From: Tubulanus polymorphus | Taxonomy: Eukaryota; Animalia; Nemertea | Direction: 5' to 3' | NCBI RefSeq assembly: GCF_964204645.1 | Contig: NC_134025.1 | Span: 2,170,001-2,234,000, forward strand | Length of the DNA stretch: 64,000 bases | Part shown: piece by piece, positions 1-12,000 of the stretch | Position numbering within the stretch: the stretch's first letter is position 1 | Layout: every line of letters starts with the position of its first letter | Program-made: the position numbers and the translations under genes | The notes under the pieces: model-generated | Told to the model about the DNA's origin: nothing | Seen by the model: only the letters and a program-made list of their open reading frames with translations | Database searches by the model: none

Positions 1-20
1 TGAAATGATATTGATTGAAG

Positions 21-3000
21 GATACTTGCAAAGACGGTCAGATTAAGTGTACGGAAGGAAACTGCGCCACGCTATGTAACGATCACTATGAATGTCAAGA
101 TAGAAGTGATGAGAACGATTGTCCATCGAGTAAGGATATTATGATATTGTTCACGAGACCTACAAATAATTAATCGCAAGGATTTTTATTCTAGAACAAT
201 CATATATATGCTTTCGTTTTTAGCAATTCCACCGTGCACAGAATTCACGTGTAATAGCACCGGCGAATGCATTCCTAACAGTAAAGTCTGTGAAGGTACT
301 TGCGACTGCGGTTCCACTTGTGAAGATGAAGTCGAATGTGGTATGTATCAGCAATTTGCTTTCTCCATGGATGAAAATAGAAATTTTGAGCCAATATCTT
401 TGTTTCAATAACCGTATTCGATTAATGCAAGTTTAAAATAAATGACCATTGGTCCGGTAGCTCGCTTGTACTAATAAAAAGGGTCTTAAAATAGGATTTC
501 GTTCATTTCGTTTGTTATATGTTACCAAGGTTACAGCGTTACTAAAATTAATAAAAAATGGGGAAAAAACCGACTAAATCTTAAATATAAAGGCATCCAA
601 GTGTGTTAGAGGATTTATTTTTGGTCATCAAACAAAAGCACGAAAGGTGAGCTGTTGCTAGCCGTTGGAATTGAAACATTATCTCAATCCGGTTTTGAGT
701 TATGAAGGAAATAAATTTCCAGAAATAGTGATGAAATCATCGTCGTTTTAGTAACGCTGTAACCTTGGTAAGAGCATTGTGCAAAATTGCACCAGTTGTC
801 AAGGGTGACAACATACTCAGTGATGGCTGTTGATGTTACCTTTTCATCGATGTAAAATTTGTCCATATAACAAACGAAGTAAACGAATAAAAAATTTTGA
901 CCCTGACTAAATGGGGCACAAGAAACAATCTTTTAAACCGGAGTCGTTGGTCAGTGTCAACCTTTGATGAACCTGTCTTTATTTAGAACGACTGGACAGG
1001 AATTATATCTTCGAAAGATTGATAAATTGGAATTTGAGACTCAACAAATGTTCATAATCTTAATAGATACCGAGACAGTATGACATAAATCAACTATATA
1101 AAACTAGCGGAAACACGTGGTTCGTGAACCAAAAAGAAAGTCGAAATGCTTCAAATTTTAGGGCATTTCAAATTAAACCAGGCTGGCGAAATCAAGTATA
1201 TTGACTGACTGCGGTTTTCTATTATTATCACACGATTGGAATAAACATTATTTTGTAATAGTATTTAGGCAAAACCAACGATTAAGTGACTATACGTCCT
1301 CGCTTGACCTTTTTGACAAATCAAGTGTGGGTCTCCGATTACGTTGATCATACGCAGTAATAAAGCACTATGTGCCCCATGTTATCGCTATCTATTAGCT
1401 TACTGAATACGTACACACCCTACAGTATAAGAGTATAAGGCAATCCTCGCTTTAACCATCTACCCGTCTACCAACTGGGAATCTATGTTTGGTGGTACGA
1501 AATTTACTTAAGTTATTAATGATACGACCTGACAATTCAGTGGCATAGAAAAGATCGATTATCGGGTTCTAAAATAGGAGAATACGAAAAACCATAAAAA
1601 TGAATCCAATTAACGACGATAGCGGATCATATTCACTGTCAGGAATAGTTAGAAAGACGAACTATGCAGCGCATCGACGTGGAACTTTCAACGTCGTATA
1701 AGATGCTTATCATCTTTGATTTAGTTCATAGGTTTTTAAGTGGGGAAAACTGGAGTCGTGTACGATGAACCGGTTTTGCTGAGTGAACTGAAGGATCCTA
1801 GTTGCATACGCGGCTGAATAAGTGCAGGTTTTTATGACGCTCCCTGCCAAAAACACATTACTAGGCCTAATCAAAAAAGAAAGGGACCAAAATTTTGTAA
1901 CTGTATTTTCAGGTTTTTAACTCAATTAAATTCGTGGTCTAAATTACCAACAGCTAGCAAAATGGACTCTAGCGAGTCCATGAAATGCTATGTGTCCATC
2001 ACTTGCTTCTCACATGATTCATGAAAGTTAACGAGTTTTCCAATGGAAATGCCGGGTCATTGGAAAACGCATCGTTCATTCGCCGGGCGTCATGCTCTTG
2101 GTCACTTACGGCATTCGTGAATACTTATTCGTAGCTCATTTCTGCACTCCACATACTAGGTTAGATCTCGCATATTAAAACGAAGATGAATCAGAGTACC
2201 GATTTCAAAGCCCCAGTTTCCAAACTACGCAACCGATTTTTGCGAAATTAACGACGCTGAAGAGAATAGATTATCACACTAATCCGCTAATCGGAAACGC
2301 ACAAAGTTACGTTTTGACACTAGTGCTATAGCATACAGTTGATGACGTCATCACGTCAACAATTGCATAATCTCCTCGCTAGAAACTAACTTAAGATGAC
2401 GCGAAAATGATTTATTTTTGTTTTCATATATCGAACATAACATAGAATTTCATAAGATACACACATAATCTATATTACCTACATGTCAGTATGTACGGAA
2501 AATATCTTATCCTATAATCACATTCTCTGTAGAAACATCTTGTCCTTCGCCAACTGATGGAAAGATTGACTGTTCAATGGGTCATATAATGGTCAAATGT
2601 GTTCCACAAAACATGCTTTGTGACGGTACACCATACTGCAAAAACGGTGAAGATGAGAAAGATTGTGAGTATAGCCATTGGGAAATGCAATAAAAATAGA
2701 ATACATCGTGTAAGCACCTCATTACTCGTCATTAAGAAACAACTTCTACAAAATGTTACAGGTCCATCAACGACAGGAGCTACACCAGGAGCCACACCAG
2801 GAGTAGGTCCATCAACGACACCAGGAGCTACACCAGGAGCTACACCAGGAGCCACAACGGGAGCCACACCAGGAGCTACACCAGGTGCCACACCAGGAGC
2901 TACACCAGGAGCCACACCAGGAGTAGGTCCATCAACGACACCAGGAGCTACACCAGGAGCTACACCAGGAGTTACAACGGGAGCCACACCAGGAGCTACA

Positions 3001-6000
3001 CCAGGTGCCACACCAGGTGCCACACCAGGAGCCACACCAGGAGCTACTCCAGGAGCCACACCAGGAGCTACACCGGGAGCCACACCAGGAGTCACACCAG
3101 GAGCCACACCAGGAGCCACACCAGGAGCCACACCAGGTGCCACACCAGGAGCCACACCGGGAGCTACACCGGGAGCCACACCAGGTGCAACACCAGGTGC
3201 CACACCGGGAGCTACACCGGGGGCCACACCAGGAGCTACACCAGGAGCTACTCCGGGTGCCACACCAGGAGCTACTCCGGGTGCCACACCAGGAGCAACA
3301 CCGGGAGCAACACCGGGAGCCACACCAGGTGCCACACCAGGAGCTACACCGGGTGCCACACCAGGAGCTACACCGGGAGCTACACCGGGAGCTACACCAG
3401 GAGCCACACCGGGAGCTACACCAGGAGCCACACCGGGAGCTACACCAGGAGCAACACCGGGAGCTACACCAGGAGCTACACCGGGAGCAACACCAGGAGC
3501 CACACCGGGAGCTACACCGGGAGCCACACCGGGAGCTACACCAGGAGCCACACCGGGAGCTACACCAGGAGCCACACCAGGTGCCACACCAGGTGCCACA
3601 CCGGGTGCCACACCAGGAGCTACACCAGGAGCTACACCAGGCGCTACACCAGGAGCCACACCGGGAGCTACACCAGGAGCCACACCGGGAGTTACACCGG
3701 GAGGCACACCAGCAGCTACTCCAGGAGCTACACCGGGAGCGACACCGGGAGCAACACCAGGTGCCACACCAGGTGCCACACCGGGTGCCACACCAGGAGC
3801 TACGCCAGGAGCTACACCAGGCGCTACACCAGGAGCCACACCGGGAGCTACACCAGGAGCCACACCAGGAGTTACTCCGGGAGCCACACCAGGTGCTACA
3901 CCAGGAGCTACACCAGGAGCTACACCGGGTGCCACACCAGGAGCCACACCAGGAGCTACACCAGGGGCCACACCAGGAGCTACACCAGGAGCTACTCCGG
4001 GTGCCACACCAGGAGCTACTCCGGGTGCCACACCAGGAGCAACACCGGGAGCAACACCGGGAGCCACACCAGGTGCCACACCAGGAGCTACACCAGGAGC
4101 CACACCAGGTGCCACACCAGGTGCCACACCAGGAGCCACACCAGGAGCAACACCGGGAGCTACACCAGGAGCTACACCAGGAGCCACACCAGGAGCTACA
4201 CCGGGAGCTACTCCGGGAGCCACACCAGGTGCCACACCAGGAGCTACACCAGGCGCTACACCAGGAGCCACACCGGGAGCTACACCAGGTGCCACACCTG
4301 GTGCCACACCAGGAGCTACACCGGGAGCCACACCAGGAGCTACACCAGGAGCCACACCAGGTGCAACACCGGGAGCCACACCGGGTGCCACACCGGGAGC
4401 CACACCAGGTGCCACACCAGGAGCTACACCAGGAGCCACACCAGGAGCTACTCCGGGAGCCACACCAGGTGCCACACCAGGTGCCACACCAGGAGCTACA
4501 CCAGGCGCTACACCAGGAGCCACACCAGGAGCTACACCGGGAGCTACACCAGGAGCCACACCAGGTGCTACACCGGGAGCCACACCAGGAGCTACACCGG
4601 GAGCTACACCAGGAGCCACACCAGGAGCCACACCGGGAGCTACACCAGGTGCCACACCAGGAGCTACACCGGGAGCCACACCAGGAGCTACACCGGGAGC
4701 AACACCTGGTGCCACACCGGGTGCCACACCAGGTGCTACACCAGGCGCTACACCAGGAGCCACACCAGGAGCTACACCAGGAGCCACACCAGGTGCAACA
4801 CCAGGTGCCACACCGGGAGCTACACCAGGAGCCACACCAGGAGCTACACCAGGTGCCACACCAGGAGCTACACCAGGAGCTACTCCGGGAGCCACACCAG
4901 GAGCTACACCGGGAGCCACACCAGGTGCAACACCAGGTGCCACACCGGGAGCTACACCGGGAGCTACACCAGGCGCTACACCGGGAGCCACACCAGGAGC
5001 TACACCGGGAGCCACACCAGGTGCAACACCAGGTGCCACACCGGGAGCTACACCGGGAGCTACACCAGGCGCTACACCGGGAGCCACACCAGGAGCTACA
5101 CCGGGAGCCACACCAGGAGCTACACCGGGAGCCACACCGGGTGCCACACCGGGAGCCACACCAGGAGCTACTCCGGGAGCCACACCAGGTGCCACACCAG
5201 GTGCCACACCAGGAGCTACACCAGGAGCCACACCAGGAGCTACACCGGGAGCTACACCAGGAGCCACACCAGGTGCTACACCGGGAGCCACACCAGGAGC
5301 TACACCGGGAGCTACTCCGGGAGCCACACCAGGTGCCACACCAGGTGCCACACCAGGAGCTACACCAGGCGCTACACCAGGAGCCACACCGGGAGCTACA
5401 CCAGGTGCCACACCAGGTGCCACACCAGGAGCTACACCGGGAGCTACACCAGGAGCTACACCGGGAGCAACACCTGGTGCCACACCGGGTGCCACACCAG
5501 GTGCTACACCAGGCGCTACACCAGGAGCCACACCAGGAGCTACACCAGGAGCCACACCGGGAGCTACACCAGGAGCTACACCGGGAGCCACACCAGGAGC
5601 TACACCAGGAGCCACACCAGGAGCTACACCAGGTGCAACACCAGGAGCTACACCAGGAGCCACACCAGGAGCTACACCAGGTGCCACACCGGGTGCCACA
5701 CCAGGTGCCACACCAGGTGCCACACCAGGAGCTACACCGGGAGCCACACCAGGAGCCACACCAGGTGCAACACCGGGTGCCACACCAGGAGCCACACCAG
5801 GAGCCACACCAGGTGCCACACCAGGAGCTACACCAGGAGCTACTCCGGGTGCCACACCAGGAGCTACTCCGGGTGCCACACCAGGAGCAACACCGGGAGC
5901 AACACCAGGTGCCACACCAGGAGCTACTCCGGGAGCCACACCAGGTGCCACACCAGGTGCCACACCAGGAGCTACACCAGGCGCTACACCAGGAGCCACA

Positions 6001-9000
6001 CCAGGTGCTACACCGGGAGCTACACCAGGTGCCACACCAGGAGCTACACCGGGAGCTACACCAGGAGCCACACCAGGTGCCACACCAGGAGCTACTCCGG
6101 GAGCCACGCCAGGAGCTACACCGGGAGCCACACCAGGTGCAACACCAGGTGCCACACCGGGAGCAACACCAGGAGCCACACCGGGAGCTACACCAGGAGC
6201 CACACCAGGTGCTACACCAGGTGCCACACCAGGAGCTACACCAGGCGCTACACCAGGAGCCACACCAGGTGCTACACCGGGAGCTACACCAGGCGCTACA
6301 CCAGGTGCAACACCAGGAGCCACACCAGGTGCTACACCGGGAGCTACACCAGGCGCTACACCAGGTGCAACACCAGGAGCCACACCAGGTGCTACACCGG
6401 GAGCTACACCAGGCGCTACACCAGGTGCAACACCAGGTGCCACACCAGGTGCTACACCGGGAGCTACACCAGGTGCTACACCGGGAGCCACACCGGGTGC
6501 CACACCGGGAGCCACACCAGGTGCCACACCAGGAGCTACTCCGGGAGCCACACCAGGTGCCACACCAGGTGCCACACCAAAAGCTACACCAGGCGCTACA
6601 CCGGGAGCCACACCAGGAGCCACACCAGGAGCAACACCAGGAGCCACACCAGGAGCTACACCAGGAGCCACACCAGGAGCCACACCGGGAGCTACACCAG
6701 GCGCCACACCGGGAGCCACACCAGGAGCTACACCGGGAGCCACACCAGGAGCTACACCGGGAGCCACACCGGGTGCCACACCGGGAGCCACACCAGGTGC
6801 CACACCAGGAGCTACACCAGGAGCCACACCAGGAGCTACACCGGGAGCTACACCTGGAGCGACTCCGGGGGCCACACCAGGAGCTACACCCGGAGCTACA
6901 CCAGGAGCTACTCCGGGAGCTACACCAGGAGCTACTCCGGGAGCCACACCGGGAGCTACACCAGGAGCTACTCCGGGAGCCACACCAGGAGTAGGTCCAT
7001 CAACGACACCAGGAGCTACACCAGGAGCTACACCAGGTGCCACACCAGGAGCTACACCGGGAGCCACACCAGGAGCTACACCGGGAGCCACACCAGGAGC
7101 TACACCAGGAGCTACTCCGGGAGCCACACCAGGAGCTACACCGGGAGCCACACCAGGTGCAACACCAGGTGCCACACCGGGAGCTACACCGGGAGCTACA
7201 CCAGGCGCTACACCGGGAGCCACACCAGGTGCCACACCAGGAGCTACACCAGGAGCCACACCAGGAGCTACTCCGGGAGCCACACCAGGTGCCACACCAG
7301 GTGCCACACCAAAAGCTACACCAGGCGCTACACCAGGAGCCACACCAGGAGCTACACCGGGAGCTACACCGGGTGCAACACCAGGAGCCACACCAGGTGC
7401 CACACCAGGAGCTACACCAGGTGCTACACCCGGAGCTACACCAGGAGCCACACCGGGAGCTACACCAGGTGCCACACCAGGAGCTACACCGGGAGCCACA
7501 CCAGGAGCTACACCGGGAGCAACACCTGGTGCCACACCGGGAGCAACACCAGGAGCCACACCAGGAGCAACACCAGGAGCCACACCAGGAGCTACACCAG
7601 GAGCCACACCAGGAGCCACACCGGGAGCTACACCAGGCGCCACACCGGGAGCCACACCAGGAGCTACACCCGGCGCTACTCCGGGAGCTACACCTGGAGC
7701 GACTCCGGGGGCCACACCAGGAGCTACACCCGGAGCTACACCAGGAGCTACTCCGGGAGCTACACCAGGAGCTACACCGGGTGCGACACCAGGAGCTACT
7801 CCGGGAGCCACACCAGGAGCTACACCGGGAGCCACACCAGGAGCTACTCCGGGAGCCACACCAGGTGCTACACCGGGTGCCACACCGGGAGCTACACCAG
7901 GAGTGACTCCGGGAGCCACACCAGGAGCTACTCCGGGAGCCACACCGGGAGCTACACCAGGAGCTACTCCGGGAGCCACACCAGGAGTAGGTCCATCAAC
8001 GACACCAGGAGCTACACCAGGAGCTACACCAGGAGCCACACCGGGAGCTACACCAGGTGCCACACCAGGTGCCACACCAGGAGCTACACCGGGAGCCACA
8101 CCAGGAGCTACACCGGGAGCAACACCTGGTGCCACACCGGGAGCTACACCGGGAGCCACACCAGGAGCTACTCCGGGAGCCACACCAGGGGCTACACCAG
8201 GAGCCACACCAGGAGCTACACCGGGTGCCACACCGGGAGCTACACCAGGAGTGACTCCGGGAGCCACACCAGGAGCTACTCCGGGAGCCACACCGGGAGC
8301 TACACCAGGAGCTACTCCGGGAGCCACACCAGGAGTAGGTCCATCAACGACACCAGGAGCTACACCAGGAGCTACACCAGGTGCCACACCAGGAGCTACA
8401 CCGGGAGCCACACCAGGAGCTACACCGGGAGCCACACCAGGAGCTACACCAGGAGCTACTCCGGGAGCCACACCAGGAGCTACACCGGGAGCCACACCAG
8501 GTGCAACACCAGGTGCCACACCGGGAGCTACACCGGGAGCTACACCAGGCGCTACACCGGGAGCCACACCAGGAGCTACACCGGGAGCCACACCAGGAGC
8601 TACACCGGGAGCCACACCGGGTGCCACACCGGGAGCCACACCAGGTGCCACACCAGGAGCTACACCAGGAGCCACACCAGGAGCTACTCCGGGAGCCACA
8701 CCAGGTGCCACACCAGGTGCCACACCAAAAGCTACACCAGGCGCTACACCAGGAGCCACACCAGGAGCTACACCGGGAGCTACACCGGGTGCCACACCAG
8801 GAGCCACACCAGGAGCTACACCAGGTGCTACACCAGGAGCTACACCAGGAGCCACACCGGGAGCTACACCAGGTGCCACACCAGGTGCCACACCAGGAGC
8901 TACACCGGGAGCCACACCGGGAGCTACACCGGGAGCAACACCTGGTGCCACACCGGGAGCAACACCAGGAGCCACACCAGGAGCAACACCAGGAGCCACA

Positions 9001-12000
9001 CCAGGAGCTACACCAGGAGCCACACCAGGAGCCACACCGGGAGCTACACCAGGCGCCACACCGGGAGCCACACCAGGAGCTACACCAGGAGCTACACCAG
9101 GAGCTACACCCGGCGCTACACCGGGAGCTACACCTGGAGCGACTCCGGGGGCCACACCAGGAGCTACACCCGGAGCTACACCAGGAGCTACTCCGGGAGC
9201 TACACCAGGAGCTACACCGGGTGCGACACCAGGAGCTACTCCGGGAGCCACACCAGGAGCTACACCGGGAGCCACACCAGGAGCTACTCCGGGAGCCACA
9301 CCAGGGGCTACACCAGGAGCCACACCAGGAGCTACACCGGGTGCCACACCGGGAGCTACACCAGGAGTGACTCCGGGAGCCACACCAGGAGCTACTCCGG
9401 GAGCCACACCGGGAGCTACACCAGGAGCTACTCCGGGAGCCACACCAGGAGTAGGTCCATCAACGACACCAGGAGCTACACCAGGAGCTACACCAGGAGC
9501 CACACCGGGAGCTACACCAGGTGCCACACCAGGTGCCACACCAGGAGCTACACCGGGAGCCACACCAGGAGCTACACCGGGAGCAACACCTGGTGCCACA
9601 CCGGGAGCAACACCAGGAGCCACACCAGGAGCTACACCGGGTGCCACACCGGGAGCTACACCAGGAGTGACTCCGGGAGCCACACCAGGAGCTACTCCGG
9701 GAGCCACACCGGGAGCTACACCAGGAGCTACTCCGGGAGCCACACCAGGAGTAGGTCCATCAACGACACCAGGAGCTACACCAGGAGCCACGCCAGGTGC
9801 TACACCAGGAGCCACACCGGGTGCCACACCAGGAGCCACACCGGGAGCTACACCAGGAGCTACACCTGTTTCCACAACACCACCCGGTAAATGTTATTTC
9901 TCTTTCATTGCTTTTAGAAATAATTGGTCGAAATTGAAGATAGCGTTTTTACTATTGATTTTACCCCTCTATCATTAGTATGGAAATATTGCCAGTCAAT
10001 ATTCTTTAACGTTGATCTCATTTTATTCACTGATTTTTAAGTCTCATTTATCTCATTTTTTCAGAAACCTGTCCGTATGTACAATATCTAACGGCGCGTA
10101 ACAGATTAATGTGGGACATCACGTGGTCCAGTAATAATCTCTCTCCTAATAAACAATTCAATTTCCTGTTTGGCACGATAGCATTGCAATTGTTCTCGTT
10201 TACGAATGACGATTGGAGTAAAAATTATAACCAGAATCGTTCGTACATCCAGTTTGAAGCAGTTAAAGCCAAAGATCCAAATAAGGTTTCAATTATAGCC
10301 GCGATGGTTACGGTAATAAACACCCGTGGTCTCTTGATTCAGACATCTCAAAATGGCGCGGATTGGGAAAATGATTTTGGCGTTGTAAGTTTTTCAAACA
10401 TGTTTTCAATCTTTTGAATCGTCGAAAAAATTTACATTCTTTTTTACTTAAATATAACTATATTTCTCTAGGCTATTTCGGCACCATTTACTGCACAATG
10501 GGCAATTATTGGAGTGTCTTACGGAGCAGCCGGTGTTCCGGGTTCGTTTGCGAGGATCGTAGTGCATAGTAAAATCAAATATCCCGTTCCGTATTTGACA
10601 AACGTCTTGGTAATAGCTTGTCTCGAGCCAACTCCATTCACAACGCTTCCACCGGAGACTACGACTGAGGTATTTTCCATCATACTTTAAGTGTTCATGA
10701 TAAAATGCGCCAATCAAAAAATATGCACTATGCTTAATGAAATGATATTGATTGAAGGATACTTGCAAAGACGGTCAGATTAAGTGTACGGAAGGAAACT
10801 GCGCCACGCTATGTAACGATCACTATGAATGTCAAGATAGAAGTGATGAGAACGATTGTCCATCGAGTAAGGATATTATGATATTGTTCACGAGACCTAC
10901 AAATAATTAATCGCAAGGATTTTTATTCTAGAACAATCATATATATGCTTTCATTTTTAGCAATTCCACCGTGCACAGAATTCACGTGTAATAGCACCGG
11001 TGAATGCATTCCTAACAGTAAAGTCTGTGAAGGTACTTGCGACTGCGGTTCTACTTGTGAAGATGAAGTTGAATGCAGTATGTATCATCAATTTGCTTTC
11101 TCCAAGAAAATATTCGAGCAAGTCTCGAAGTAAAATAATTTCCAAGTCACATTGAGCATTTATCGATTGATAAATAACATAGCCTTATTTCAAATGTTCT
11201 TTAGAAACAACTTGTCCATCGCCAACTGATGGACAGATTGACTGCACAATGGGTCATATAATGGTCAAATGTGTTCCACAAAACATGCTTTGTGACGGTA
11301 CACCATACTGCAAAAACGGTGAAGATGAGAAAAATTGTGAGTATAGCCATTGGGAAATGCACTAAAAATAGAATACATCGTGTAAGCACCTCATTACTCG
11401 TCATTAAGAAACAACTTCTACAAAATGTTACAGGTCCATCAACGACAGGAGCTACACCAGGAGCCACACCAGGAGTAGGTCCATCAACGACACCAGGAGC
11501 TACACCAGGAGCTACACCAGGAGCCACAACGGGAGCCACACCAGGAGCTACACCAGGAGCCACACCAGGAGCTACACCGGGAGCTACACCAGGAGCTACA
11601 CCTGGAGCCACACCAGGAGCAACACCGGGAGCTACACCAGGAGCTACACCAGGAGCCACACCAGGTGCCACACCAGGAGCCACACCCGCAGTTACTCCAG
11701 CAGCTACCCCAGGAGTTACTACGCCGATTCCTACGCCAAGAACTACACCGAGTAAATATACGAGTTAAGACTTATTTGATAAATGATGAAGGATAATGGG
11801 TCTGGCGGTATTAACTGAGAACATTTTACTTTTGAACACAAAAATCGATTTGTTCCGGGATTTGCAATAACCTATTAAGATGAAACTGGAAATTCCCTTT
11901 ACCATCCAACAGTGAACTTGGATTTTTAAAGATTTTCCCGGTGATGCCATTATCAAGAAACAAGGTCAAGCATCGATTAGTAGAATGGGGAAAACATATT

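Noticed and set aside
2574-9875. 2,433-aa antisense ORF of (VAPG)n resembling the elastin VGVAPG motif
   Set aside because: It is the mirror of the TPGA codons. The variable bases fall at wobble positions of the plus frame, and the splice sites and flanking Cys-rich exons are all on the plus strand.
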